From Octopus vulgaris (lineage: Eukaryota), in the NCBI GenBank assembly GCA_951406725.2, contig OX597833.1, positions 14,570,001-14,634,000 of the forward strand: 64,000 nt of DNA, written 5' to 3'. Numbering within the stretch: position 1 is the stretch's first letter; every line of letters begins with the position of its first letter. Position numbers and translations under genes: made by a program. Below are positions 1-13,445 of the stretch, piece by piece. The notes beneath the pieces are model-generated. The model had not been told where the DNA came from. It saw only the letters and a list, made by a program, of their open reading frames with translations, and did no database searches.

Positions 1-687
1 TTAAATGCAGCCCCCTGATTCGGTTTCGCGGTTCAAAGTCATTATATTTACATACAAAGAAACGGAATCATTTACACACAAAGAAACGGAATCAGATGCA
101 GGTTGTGAATATTTACTCCTGCATTCTCACCATTAGTTTCTCATAATCGCTTTGTCTTTCGCCGTATCAGTCCCTTCCGTTGCCCACCTTTTGTTCTCGC
201 AGTTTCCTGCTCTTTCTGTTACCCTCATTCATGCTATATTACCTGGACTAATGAATAACGTGCTGCATTCCAGGAATTAAAGCATGCTATAAAACGTTAA
301 TACAAATGGTTGCGTTGAAAGGATAACATTCGTAGAGAAACAGTGACAGACACATTTGCAGCATCGATACGAAGGAAAATAACGGTAGTGACAAAATAAA
401 AAGCGACTATAACTACGGTAGGAGCAAAGGGTAACAAAAACATACAATTTCAAACGCATACAAAATTAATAACAACAGTGACAGCGTTTGCAGTAAGAAT
501 GAAACGATATCAAATGACATTAACAATAGTATTAATATTTATGACATTTCGAGAGACAAGGAAAAGAGAACGTCAGCATCAATAACTGTCCAAACGACGA
601 GAGGGTTTCTGTGCGTTGGCTCCACCTGATATTTTACCAAATCGACATAATATGCATTAGCCATCACGCCGCCTTGGCAATAATAAT

Positions 688-915
688 GCGGCGAGCTGGC
701 AGAAACGTTAGCACGCCGGACGAAATGCGTAGCCGTATTTCGTCTACCGTTACGTTCTGAGTTCAAATTCCGCCGAGGTCGACTTTGCCTTTCATCCATT
801 CGGGGTCGATAAATTAAGTACCAGTTACGCACTTGAGTCAATGTAATCGACTTAATCCCTTTGTATATCCTTGTTTGTCATCTGTGTTTAGCCCTTTGTG
901 GGTAGTAAAGAAATA
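688..915 (+). mobile_element. SINE family A monomer (tRNA-derived head, central GCCTTTCATCCTTTCGGGGTCGAT domain, tail-1)
   Basis: A-box-like TGGCAGAAACGTT and B-box GAGTTCAAATTCC. More than 15 similar copies in the window. Ends in GTGGGTAGTAAAGAAATA. Confidence 0.9.
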
Positions 916-1097
916 GAAAAGAATAAATAATTCTTTCAAATTTAACAACAAATCCTAAAGTTTTGGTGGAAGACAATATTGGATTCCATGTAACCCAGGA
1001 CTCAGCAGGGACTTATTTTACAGATCCCATGAGCATGAAGTGCAAAGGTTACCGGAATGAAACTTCAAGTCAGAACTTAAAAAATCGGAAGAAATTT

Positions 1098-1139
<42 letters not shown>

Positions 1140-1142
<3 letters not shown>

Positions 1143-1328
1143 GGGAGAATTTACGAAAAAAACAAAAGACGAAGACAGGTGGTGTAGAAAACAGATGTAT
1201 AAGTATAACGCTCAGGAATACAAAAAAGTATTTTACGTTTCGAGCCTACGCTCGCCTACAGAAAGGAACACAGAAAAAACAAGGAGAGAAAAAAATGTGT
1301 GTTGTGGCTAACGATCTGTCATGGCGAC
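1140..1328 (-). mobile_element. PLE-type terminal fragment, family 1, with HHR-like motif
   Basis: Flanked by (TA)n. Reverse strand reads CTTT-CTGTAGG-C-GAGC-GTAG-GCTC-GAAA-CG-TA-AAA. Similar to 38106-38310, 47060-47262 and 49966-50240. Confidence 0.7.
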
Positions 1329-1801
1329 TGATATATATATATATCTGGTTTGTAATGTTTTCCGCAGCCATAGCTCAGGGTTTTGTTTATAATCACTGTC
1401 ATGAAACCATTTTGTTAAATGTTTGAATTTTCACCTTTACAAATACTTTAGATTTTGATATTACACTGCACAGGTAGAACAAAATTTAAATTTTGAGTTA
1501 GAAGCAACACTGTAGTGTAAAATCTATTGCATATTGAGTATATGTGTATTGTCAAGGAGCTTTTGGTCATACTATTTCGTCCAGGGAAAATTCTTTGAAA
1601 AATGTAGTGATTGTGCATCAGTATTTTATGTCAGCATGTCGATATTATGCTCCCTGTATATACTTTGGGAGATCGATTTGAATTTGTGTGGAGGCTGAAT
1701 CAAGGATATGGCACTAGTGAGTTAAAATAAGAATCAAATATCTATGTTAGTTGTTTTCGTTCACTACCTCGACCTTTCGTTTCCATTGGATATGAAGTAT
1801 A

Positions 1802-2020
1802 CTCTCTTTCTCTTTTAATTGTTTTAGTCATTTGACTGTGGCCATGCTGGAGCACCGCCTTTAGTCGAACAATTCGACCCCAGGGCTTATTCTTTGTAAG
1901 CCTAGTACTTATTCTATCAGTCTCTTGTGCCGAACCGTTAAGTTACGGGGACGTAAACCAGCATCGGTTGTCATGCGATGTTTGGGAGACAAATATAGAC
2001 TCACAAACATATACACACAC

Positions 2021-2053
<33 letters not shown>

Positions 2054-2219
2054 CATATATACGACAGGCTTCCTTCAGTTTCCGTCTACCAAAGCCAGCC
2101 ACACGGCTTTGGTCGGCCCAAGGCTATAGTAGAAGACACTTGCCCAAGGTGCCATGCAGTGGGACTGAACCCAGAACCCTGCAGTTGGTAAGCAAGCTAC
2201 TTACCACACAGCCACTACT
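1802..2219 (-). mobile_element. SINE family B (tRNA-like head, internal (TA/CA)n, AAAGAG tail)
   Basis: Reverse strand begins GTGGCTGTGTGGTAAGTAGCTTGC...GGGTTCAGTCCC and ends GACTAAAACAATTAAAAGAG. Many copies in the window. Confidence 0.9.
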
Positions 2220-3146
2220 GTTTTCTTTTTTCAAATAACTACGTTTTTGGAATTTTACCAAGAATTCTTAAAAAATCTCATGTTTTGATATATACGAGGG
2301 GATGACACTCAAACAGCAATCAATATTCTCATTAAATTATCTCATAGCAGTGCTTAAAGGACGTAGTAACTTCATGTAATCTAAAACTCGATTATATAGA
2401 GAAAACTTCAAATTGCCTCCATAAATACGTTGTTCATACCACATATATCTAATTTAATTTCATAGAATTTAATGTGATTTGATCTAATCTAATTTATTAG
2501 TTAGCTGTTGTAAAAAAAATACATAGGAATATTACAAACTAATAATTCATCTGAAAATACACTTTGACCTACTTGAATGAAAAATAATCTCATTCCATAA
2601 TTAAACCTTAAGTTGGGATGAAGTCCACCACGTAGTAGATTTTATAGCCTGATCAAGTTTCAAAATCTCGCCTTCAAATTTTTTTCTCTCAAAATGCCAT
2701 AGTGACCAAGCTAAATGGCCGTATCTGCACATAAACACACTCCGTTCGTTTCGGACCACTTCTGTGGTCACACCTTTACTAAGGTTGCATGGCAGAATTC
2801 AGCTTGATGTAAAAGCAATCGTAAGTTGTCTACGCAACAGAAACACGTGTTGGTCATATTCAGAGCAAATGTACTGTATAAATGAAAGCAAAAATAAAAA
2901 TATATGCATATGTACTAACCTCCGTAGCCATTGTAATATTCTTGGATTTACACTCCCGAAAATAATTATAATCCAAAGTAGCAGACCCAGGATTTACAAA
3001 CCGGATAGATTACATAGAAATTGCTCACCCTAATTAATCCTAGGTTTTCCACACAACCTGATGTGGTTAGCATAAATCCAGTTTATGACTGATATATATA
3101 TATATACATATCAAATAAAATCAAAAACAGAACAGAAAAGGATGTC

Positions 3147-3237
3147 ACGGTACACGTGTTTCAAGCTTTATAAACGACCTGTTCTTACATCACTGTATAA
3201 TAGATATAAAATATGGTTTAAAGCTCTCTTCAGCCGC
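3147..3237 (-). ncRNA. Minimal type I hammerhead ribozyme motif with long stem II insert (PLE-type)
   Basis: Reverse strand: GCGG-CTGAAGA-GAGCTTTA...TAAAGCTT-GAAA-CACGTG-TA-CCGT. Intact core, stem I GCGG/CCGT, palindromic stem III, GUA triplet. Confidence 0.7.
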
Positions 3238-3420
3238 ATGCATTGTTTTTCCAAAGAGTTACATCACGCTATGAAAAATATGATAAGTACATATAGTATT
3301 ATCCATAATAATAGGTATATCATATCTCCCTGAGAAAGTGTATTTGTAAAATTTCATAACCAAATAGGCGTGTAGGGTATCATTGGATTTCGAAAATTAT
3401 ATATATATATATATATATAT

Positions 3421-4060
3421 AAGAGCCGTCTACTCGTGACCGAGGAAGAATATTGCTGACCTTCAGGAACATGGTGCGCTCTAGGACTAACTTATATTTT
3501 GCATTTATGGCTCCTTTGGTGGCCAATGAGACCTGCTCTTGACAAGCATACACGACTGCAAACATTGCAGACCAAGGCTTTCCCTATTCACTATACGAGC
3601 CCTGCGCTTTCGAGCAACACGCTTAAGTTCGTCATGCTGAATACGTGCTCTCTCAAAAGTGTCGACCCTGTCCTTAACCCGCTTCCTCCATCTGTGGCAA
3701 TGACAGGCATTGTCTTTCCAGTCAGCCAACTGCATATCATAGGCCTTTAATGAGGACTTGACAGAGCCCTTGGTTTCTACCGGGCCCTCTTTTCATTCAC
3801 AAGGTCCCCATACAGCATCTGCTTAGGTATCCTTCTACGATTCATTCTAATAACGTGTCCAGTCCAACGTAACTGGTGCTTATGCACCGTCGCCCCAATA
3901 CTTAAGATGTTATCAGCTGTCTTCAAGACATATGTGTTTGGAGTTTTTAAGGTCCTGCCAACATTCAGAATGTGTCTGAGACATCTCTGATGAAAGCGTT
4001 CAAGGACTCTTACATGACGTTTGTAAAAGGTCCATGTTTCACATGAGGAAAAGGAGCGAT
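3421..4060 (-). pseudogene. RTE-clade LINE 3' remnant (post-RT C-terminus and zinc finger)
   Basis: SCETWTFYKRHVRVLERFHQRCLRHIL...QLRWTGHVIRM..RIPKQMLYGDL, then WRKRV..FE and CNVCSRVCLSRAGLIGHQRSH across frameshifts. Typical RTE ORF end. Confidence 0.88.
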
Positions 4061-4394
4061 GGCAGTACACACACAGACATATATATATACATACACATCT
4101 GTGTGTGTGTGTTTGTGTATGTGAGCGTGTGTGCGCATGTGAGCGTGTGCATGTGTGTTTGTGTGTCAGTATGTCTTTAAAGAACATTGCGAGGTTATAG
4201 ATACGATAAGTGTCATACAGAATTATATACATTTACTAAATTAGAATCTGAAGTAGGAATATCACATCGCCATTGATAATTTTCAGTGTTCTACAAAAAA
4301 TAGAATTTGGTATAAAAAGTCAACAAATTTGGATATTTGGATTGAATTTTTGCAAAATATGCAAAGAGTGTATATACATAAATACATACATATA

Positions 4395-4451
<57 letters not shown>

Positions 4452-4456
<5 letters not shown>

Positions 4457-4655
4457 TAATCCACACGTGAAAACACAAAGAGAAAACACAACAACGCGAG
4501 GACGTGGAACAAGTATAGTATTATTGGACGCTCAGGAAGGAAGGAAAGAAGGAGGGTTTAACGTTTCGAGCTCCGCTCGAAACATAGGAAAAGGAAAGAT
4601 CCAGAGAAGGGAAGACGGAGGAAAAAAATCGTCTACGCTACACACGCGGTCACAT
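4452..4655 (-). mobile_element. PLE-type terminal fragment, family 2 (HHR core partly deleted)
   Basis: Adjacent to (TA)n. Reverse complement of 55590-55796. Retains GCTC-GAAA-CG-TT-AAAC but lacks CTGANGA. Confidence 0.7.
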
Positions 4656-4734
4656 TTTGAATGCTTGTCGCAGCGGCGCGTGAGAGGCGTGAAGTGGAGT
4701 CCCCACCTGAGGAGAGAGCGCTCGGCAGCGGATG

Positions 4735-4799
<65 letters not shown>

Positions 4800-5898
4800 A
4801 GATGTAATCATTTATGGACTGTAGTATTGGTTGTTTCTCGTGATAAATGAGTGAGACTCGCTTTCCTCTGTATTCTAATTTTGTTGTCGAAATAAAGATT
4901 AAGTAAATATCCAAGTATTCGCAGAGAATGAGACAAATAAACTCAGCTCTGACAGAGTTTCATACAGTATAATATATACAAGATGCGTCCATGTACATAA
5001 TTTTATACTCGGGAAAGTGAAAAAGTCGTTTATCTTTCGAGCCTACGCTCCTCAGCGGAAAAGGAATAATTGTGTTCATACACCTGCCTCGGTCCTTTTT
5101 TTTTGCTTATTTTGCTATATCAGTCATGCCTTCGTCACTCATGCGTTTTTCTTGTTTCAGCGGCCATGCTGTATCACATATTATATATCGTGTACGTTTA
5201 TTCGAATTTATATGTATGTTGCCGTATTTTGGTGCTTATCATCTTCGTATGAATTGCATGCGTCGCATGCATAAGTATATGGCTGTATATGTTTCCTTCT
5301 ATCCCTCTCTCCTTACTTCTGTCTCAATATGTGTATGTGTACATGTGTGAGTGTATGTGCATGTGTGTGTGTGTACACGCGTATGTTTGAGTGTGTTTAA
5401 TTCTGTACATGTATTCGTTTGAGTTTTGTTTTCTGCTTCGGATGTGTCGTTCGTAATATATATGTATAATTTATTAACTAATTAATTGATCGCAAGAGGG
5501 CAGGTATCACGTAGGATGATTACGCGCTTTCTGTTTCCTTGTAATTCATTAATTAATATCTTCCCGTACCGCGACGAGAGAGGTTGTTTACATCACTCAA
5601 CTATCTTAACTGGTAGTTATTAACACCTGCTCACTGATTATTACCGAGATGATCTTTTGAATCCTGGCTTTGTTTATTTTTAGACCGTTATTTTTTTAAT
5701 AAACAGACATTCCCTCTTACGTAACGATATTTACCATACTCCGGGCTACTTTGCATACATACATGAGATATGTAGAGTCAATGACAGCTCTGTTGTTTAC
5801 AAACAACATATAACGATAATTACGTTTTCGCTAAAATACACATAGATTTATTCTCCAGTTATGCATCCATTCAAAAGTGGCTCAGTGAATTCACAACG

Positions 5899-6197
5899 GT
5901 GGAGGCGTATGGCGTAGAGGTTAGAGCAGCGGACTCGCGTTCGAAGGATCGCGAGTTCGAATCTCAGACCGGGTGATGTGTGTGTTTATGAGCGAAACAC
6001 CTAAGCTCCTCGCGACTCCGGCAGAAGGTAATGGCAAACCTCTGCTGACTCTTTCGCCACAACTTTATCTCACTCTTTCCTCCTGCATCTTGCAGCTCAC
6101 ATGCGACGGACGGCGTCCCGTCCAGGCGGGCAACCTATACGCCAAGGAAACCGGGAAACCGGCCCTTATGAGCCAGGCATGGCTCGAGAAGGAACAG
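5899..6197 (+). mobile_element. SINE family D with 12-bp TSD
   Basis: tRNA-like head GGAGGCGTATGGCGTAGAGGTTAGAGC...GAGTTCGAATCTC. TSD GAATTCACAACG at 5887-5898 and 6198-6209. The 3' half recurs at 58116-58290. Confidence 0.88.
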
Positions 6198-6594
6198 GAA
6201 TTCACAACGAGTTATCACACATGGGTAAACTCACTGTAGCTATTGCGTTGTCGTGTATAGACATCTGATGCAAATAAAATGCAGTTTCCGAGGTGAAGTA
6301 TAAACCCCAAAAAAACAATTATTTCAGGCGTGTATTTATAGAGGAACAGAAATAATACATCATGCCCACCACCCCCAAATCTATATATATTATTCTTTTT
6401 TTTTACTCTTACTTATTTCAGTCATTTGACTGCGGCCATGCTGGAATAAGAAATAGATAATGAAGTTCATTCCATAATTTCTTGTTTGTTTTTAATTTAT
6501 TTCATTTCTTAAATATAAAATTATAAATATTTGCTTTTAGTTTTTGGATTTGGTTTGCAAGATTCTTTATGTGAGTTCGTGTGTTGTTGAATTA

Positions 6595-6868
6595 TATTAT
6601 GTTGTGCCTGGGGAGAGTCATTCTCTTTTAGTGCCTTTTAATTTAACATACGCACCGGTAAAATTTCCACTGAATTTCTTCATTATTTTTCTAAAATTTT
6701 CGTTGCGTCTTACAAACTTTTCAATAGTTTTGACTCCATTGAAAAGGTTGCAAGACGCAACGAAAAGTTTAGAAAAATAATGAAGAAATTAAGTGGAAAT
6801 TTTACCGCTGCGTATGTTAAATTATAAGGCACTAAAAGAGAATGACTCTCCCCAGATACAACAGAATA
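6595..6868. repeat. Long foldback palindrome (~130-bp arms)
   Basis: CTGGGGAGAGTCATTCTCTTTTAGTGCC...TTTTCAAT is mirrored by ATTGAAAAG...GGCACTAAAAGAGAATGACTCTCCCCAG. A single arm recurs at ~57710-57785. Confidence 0.85.
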
Positions 6869-7118
6869 AATATTTGCATCCACTGTTAGCAAAACTGTTG
6901 TGTGGAAGCCCCCAGACGATGAAGTAGGCTAACCCAATGCGTAGATATAAATGGAGAAGTCTAGACGCCGGAATAGAGTAGTAGTAGGGAAGTGTAGAGT
7001 ATAAGAGTATAGGGGCATCCGAACGTGCGATATAACAAAAATGAAAACCGTTTCGTGTAAATAAATATATAAGCAATTAGCGCATTTGAATTCCTTTCTT
7101 GATAGTTTCCGCATAAAA

Positions 7119-7325
7119 GACGGCGAATTAGTTGAATCATTAGCACAACGGGGAAAATACTTAGCGGCATATCGTCTGTCTTGACTTTCTGAGTCCAAAG
7201 TGGTTGGCGTTAACTTTGTCTTTCTTTCCATTCGAAGTCGATAAAATAAGAACCAACTGGTTACTTGGGGTCGATGTAATAGGCATAACATACTCTTCAA
7301 AATTGCTGACCTTCTGCCAAAATTC
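7119..7325 (+). mobile_element. Degenerate SINE family A
   Basis: Diverged match to head (ATTAGCAC..GAAAATACTTAGCGGCATATCGTC) and central domain. Confidence 0.6.
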
Positions 7326-8156
7326 ATTACGTGATGTGTACGGATATCTTAAAATTTATTTTCTACGACCAACGATACTAAGCACCGAAAATGCCACCTA
7401 AATCTGAAAAAATATCCCACCAATAATTCTTTAGCGAAGGGAATCTTAAAGACTTATCTTATCAGTACTAAACTTATCACTCTACCCGAACAACTCAGCA
7501 AATTTTCACGAATTCAGTATAAAATATACGATGGAGGAAGAAAATAAGCTCTCCAAACCTCAGAGTAACAACAACATTGAAAAGCTATAGAAAAATTTGA
7601 AACAATCGTTCAATAATGACCAACAGATTGCAATTCACCACATACGGAAATATCCGAAGATAATTCTAGGTTTATTCTCCTTATCAAAAACCTGAATAGA
7701 CTATGTTGGGAATTAAAATTCAGATATGAGATAATTCGTTTTTTGGGATATGGAAAATGATAATAACAAAACAGAAATTTACGAACGTTGAGTAACACGA
7801 ACCCCGTATATATTACTTAGTAAAATACTATATTCGAAGTAGACCAACAAACAATTCTACACCAAAAATTATGTCTTAATAAAATGCAAAATGCGAATGG
7901 ATTAATGAAATTGAGAACTAAAGGACAAAGAATACAAGGATATAGACTCAGAAACGAAGATCGATATTACACCACTGAAGCGATGTAGAATTACAAAGTT
8001 CGTGTTTATAAATTCTGGAATCAAGTATGTGAGAAGGAACCACTGATTTCTTTACAAGAATACGTGAAAGGCAAAGAGTAGCTTTCTAAGAAGAACGATC
8101 CGAAAAGGAATACATGACAGAAACGCCTGTTCGAATATAAACATTAAGTAGCAAAA

Positions 8157-8731
8157 GGCGGCGAGCTGGCAGAAACGTCAGCACGCCGGGCGAAATGCTT
8201 AGCGGTATTTCGTCTGCTGTTACGTTCTGAGTTCAAATTCCGCCGAGGTCGACTTTGCCTTACATCCTTTCGGAGTCGATAAATAAAGTATCAGTTTTGC
8301 ACTGGGCTCGATGTAATCGACTTAATCCCTTTGTCTGTCCTTGTTTGTCTCCTCTATGTTTAGCCCCTTGCGGGTAGCAAAGAAATAGGTATTTCGTCTG
8401 CTGTTACGTTCTGAGTTCAAATAACGTCGAGGTCGACTTTGCCTTTCATCCTCTCGGGGTCGATAAATAAAGTACCATTTTCGCACTGGGGTCGATATAA
8501 TCGACTTAATCCCTTTGTCTGTCCTCGTTTGTCTCCTCTATGTTTAGCCCCATGCCGGTAGCAACGAAATAGGTATTTTGTCTGCCGCTACGTTCGATTT
8601 TGCTTTTCATCCTTTTGGGGTCGATAAATAAAGTACCAGTTTCGCACTGAGGTCGATATAATCGACTTAATCCGTTTGTCTGTCCTTGTTTGTCCCTTCT
8701 ATGTTTAGCCCCTTGTGGGCAATAAAGAAAT
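8157..8731 (+). mobile_element. SINE family A trimer within one 21-bp TSD
   Basis: One full unit plus two 5'-truncated units joined at GAAATA/GGTATTT. TSD ATATAAACATTAAGTAGCAAA at 8135-8155 and 8732-8752. Confidence 0.9.
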
Positions 8732-8899
8732 ATATAAACATTAAGTAGCAAACTAGCTTCGTAGGATACTGACAAGAAACGGGATATCGATGACAATGAC
8801 GTAATGACATTTGGTTTTTAATGAAGGCTTGGCGATACAAATAGCTAATAGGAAACAGCGGAAAATCACGTTAAAGCTATTCGCTGAATAAGTTTATGC

Positions 8900-9540
8900 A
8901 CAGATGGACACCCATACATATATATATATACAATCGTAAACACGTATAGGTACGCGTGCATGTGTGTGAAAACACAGCTGTATAAAAATATATATGTTAT
9001 TACATTTATACATACAAAAGCAAACAGATACACACGCGTACATTTATACACACACATATACATATATACACACAAACACACACATATATATATATACACG
9101 CACATATATATAAATACATACATATACACACGCGCACATTTATACACACACATATACATATATATACACACACACATATATATATATATATACACACGCA
9201 CATATATATGTATACACACATACACACATGTGTATATATACATATATATAAATATTATACATATATATGCATATATATACATATATATATACATATATAT
9301 ATATATATTATACATATATATATGCATATATATATATATATATACATATATATACATATATATACATGCATATATATATACATATATATGCATATATATA
9401 TATATACATATATATACATATATACATATATATGCATATATATATATATATATATATACATATATATACATATATACATATATACATACATACATACATA
9501 AATACATACATACACACACACATATATATATATATATATG

Positions 9541-9610
<70 letters not shown>
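8900..9610. repeat. (TA)n/(CA)n compound microsatellite
   Basis: Read directly from the sequence. Confidence 0.95.
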
Positions 9611-9613
<3 letters not shown>

Positions 9614-10035
9614 ATGTGTTTGCACATATACAAAAGAGATATTCGAATGATTCAGTGTCTGTATATGTTAGTCTGCACTTGTGTGTCTGTGTGTGAGTAT
9701 CTGGAATTAAAATAACCTTAAAATTGCGATTCCCAAAATATGGTAGAGTGAATAATTCTGCCAGGTTTAATGTTATTTAATTCAAATTTAATTTGATTTC
9801 ATTGTTTTGCTTTTTAGCTTTTTCCGTTTTCATGTAATTACAATTGATTTTTCTTCCTTGAAATGAAAACTAGAATATAAAAATCCCCAAAATTTCACCG
9901 ACTTCAGCAGAACAGGAAACAACAGCCGCATCAGCTCCAAACACCATAAATAGCAACAATAGCATGTATACATACGTACATACTTGTGTACATACGTGGG
10001 TGTATATCTCATATATATATATATATTTATATATA

Positions 10036-10110
<75 letters not shown>

Positions 10111-10654
10111 TATATATATATATACATATATATATATGTATATATATATATCATGTATATATATATTATATATATGTATATATATTTACATACATATATA
10201 TATGTGTGTGTGTGTGTGTGTATACACATATATACAAATCCCATTTATAAGTGTGTTTGAGTTGTACTGTGTGTATGTATGTGTGTGTGTTTGTTTGCAT
10301 CTTGAAGAACGTAACAAGAACAGCAAGAATGACATCAAAAAGTTTAGATCCAACGACAAAGTAGCCGCGACAACAACAACACGACTAGAAGCGGCAACGA
10401 CGACAAAGGAAGGAACAAGAATATTTTTATTTTTTTATTTTTGGAAATATACAAACACACTCCAATATCAGAAAGACCCAAATCAAGCGGATTCCGTGAA
10501 GAAGTGAATATTTAGCTGATCAATAAACAGAAATCTTCCATTTATTAAAGATTTTGTTTATAGTCGGTCAGATCGTATATTTCGATTTCATTTATTGATT
10601 TCGATTTTTTGATTCCTTATAAATGCTCTGATCGATAGGTGGATGTATGAGTAG

Positions 10655-11211
10655 CTTTGTATGTATGTATGTATGTATGTACGTATGTATGTATGTATGC
10701 ATGTATGTGTGTGTATGTATGTATGTGTGTGTATGTATGTATGTATGTGTGTATGTATGTGTATTCATGTATGTATGTATATGTGTATGTATGTGTGTGT
10801 GTATATGTATGTGTGTATGTATGTGTATGTGTGTGTATGTATGTATGTGTGTGTGTGTATGTATGTGTATGTATGTATGCATGTATGTATGTATGTATGT
10901 ATGTATGTATGTATGTATGTATGTATGTATGTATGTATGTATGTATGTATGTATGTATGTACGTATATATGCTTGCATGCATGTATGTATGTACGTATGT
11001 ATACACATATGTATGTATGTATGTATGCACATATGTATGTTTGCATGTATGTATGTATGTATATATGTGTGTATGTATGTATGTATGTATGTATGTTTGC
11101 ATGTATTTATGCATGTATGTATGTATGTATGTATGTATGTATGTATGTATGTATGTATGTATGTGTGTATCTATGTATTCATGTATGTATGTATGTATGT
11201 ATGTATGTATG

Positions 11212-11240
<29 letters not shown>
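10655..11240. repeat. (TATG)n microsatellite
   Basis: Read directly from the sequence. Confidence 0.95.
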
Positions 11241-11242
<2 letters not shown>

Positions 11243-11689
11243 TTTACGTATATATACATGTGAACATATTTGAAAATGAGAAATAGATATTCTTTGATTC
11301 TCTTGCCGGTTTCTTTTATTGGATTGTAGAAATAATGTAATTGATTATATCTAACTATATAACTCTATTGTCTCGTGTTTATATTTATCGCACACAGAGG
11401 ACGAAATATGAAGTCGACTTAGGTGTGGGATGTAGGTGTTGTATTATAGAAATGGATATAAACGCTTCAAAGTATTTTCGCTTTGCCTTATCGATCGTTC
11501 ACCATTGAAGGCTTTGGACTCTCACAAAGCAACCTTTATACATACGTACATGCATGCATACATGCATCACATACATACGTACGTACATACATGTATGTAT
11601 CTACATATATATATATATGTATCTACATATATATATATATGTATCTACATATATATATATATATATATATATACATACATACACACATA

Positions 11690-12620
11690 CACTTGCACGA
11701 CGTTAGACTCAGCAATGAGACCCCAGTTTTGCGCCATTTCTGCTCTACCGGTCATTCATAACAACACCTGTCTGTATTCGGATTGCCTTTGCACAGTGGC
11801 CATCCGATATCCTGCCTTCGCCGTGAACAAGAATTTATCTTCTCTCCTCGTTCCTTTGCGCCACATAGGTTCCGCTCTCCTCCCCTCTTCATCTGACATC
11901 CCTCCTCTCCTCATTACACATCCATTTCCTCTTTTCACTCCTACCCATCTCTCATCTCCTGTCTTGCCCTGACACCTACATTCACTCTTCACTCCAACCT
12001 GCCTTCTCCCTTCATTGGTACTACCTCCATGCACATTACATCCTCACTCCATCCCACGACCTCACCCCAAACCCACCATCCACCCACACATCAACATGAC
12101 TACTCCACCACACACAGCCACAGCACACACCACCACACCGCCTCTTCACACACACACACAAACACACACTAGCACTCACCACTTCCCAGCAATCACACTT
12201 TCATCCACACCCACACATTACACGCACGCACACACATGCACAGATCCACACATCAAAATCACTGACCCCTATCTACAAGCACATATTTACAAACTCTCAC
12301 ATACACACGCACGCGCATCTTTGTTTGCGGGTAACCAGTACTTTATTATCTCCCCTTCTTCCTAGCGCTCCTGTCCAACTACCTTTTCTACCTAGTCGCC
12401 ATGATTGACTGCTAAATCCTCAATTTTTTTTATTCTCGCTCTGTTCATTTCCTCGTGTTCCCTTCTGTTGAAGACTTTCCGACGGAATTCGCTCGGATAC
12501 GTCTGCTATATCTAGAGTGGAATTTCTGTTAGAAGTTTCCCAGTATTTAAGTGAAAGGAAGGCCCCTGGTAAACACCACCAGGTCTTTGTTGCTTTTCCC
12601 GTCGTAAATGTTTTCCCCAC
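11690..12620 (+). pseudogene. Penelope-like element 3' remnant: GIY-YIG endonuclease C-terminus plus pLTR
   Basis: [32 protein letters not shown]....[15 protein letters not shown] matches the PLE GIY-YIG tail (EH...PVxxHF..GH....RE..I). A C/A-rich UTR follows, then a family-1-like end with degenerate HHR CTGTTGA at ~12465. Confidence 0.75.
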
Positions 12621-13090
12621 TTACAAGCAAACTTAACGGATAACGTCATTTATGTTTAATGTGTGTAGATAAGTTATTTAATGTTTTAATTGTCTTAAAA
12701 CTTAAAATTTCAGTTAGTTCAAATTATTCTCTGCAAGCGGAAACTTGATCTATTCGTCGTAATTTATTCTAGTGCCATCTCCAGTAATGCCATATTAATT
12801 TGACATTTTTCAATAAATGTAATCGTTAATGCGATTAAAATTTCACTCCTGATTTACGTGTTGTTGTGCGAAATCATTAAGCAGCTATCAAGGTGTAACT
12901 AAAGATTCATTGCACACATACACACACACACAACCATACACACACCTATGTATATACATATAACTATATAGATATATAAACACACACACGCACACACACG
13001 AATATGTTTGTATATTTATATATATATATTTATATATATATATATATATCTATATCTATCTATATCTATCTCTATCTATCTATCTATCTA

Positions 13091-13129
<39 letters not shown>

Positions 13130-13135
<6 letters not shown>

Positions 13136-13292
13136 GAGGGAAACCACCATATTTTTATTACTTTTTCTTTTGTCTTGCTCGATTACGTTTTCGTTGTTTT
13201 GCTAAATTTTTCTTGAGAACATTCCTTAGTGGTGAGACCGTAGAGGATCTCTTTCTAGCATAAGGTTGTCCACATAGTGGTTTCCCTCTAAT
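13130..13292. mobile_element. Short element with ~17-bp terminal inverted repeats in (TA)n
   Basis: ATTAGAGAGGGAAACCAC ... GTGGTTTCCCTCTAAT, with (TA)n on both sides. Confidence 0.65.
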
Positions 13293-13445
13293 ATATATAT
13301 ATATAATATAATTATACTGAACCTTCAGTTTTTTTATGCTAGACCACTAGTGTGAAATCGATGTTAATTGAATTAATATCTAATTTCTCACCCTCATTTT
13401 AAAATTTAAAATTATATATACATATATATATATATATATATACAC

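Noticed and set aside
539-841. Recurrent ORF RNWYLIYRPRKDERQSRPRRNLNSER and similar repeated peptides
   Set aside because: Incidental frames of non-coding SINE A, B and C copies.
9895-9966. Minus-strand [22 protein letters not shown] resembling a signal peptide
   Set aside because: Very short, adjacent to microsatellite, probably a decayed (TTG/CTG)n tract; no partner exon found.
8866-11286. Long ORFs of YI/CV/HT repeats (also 60575-63034 and others)
   Set aside because: Translations of (TA)n, (CA)n and (TATG)n microsatellites, which lack stop codons.
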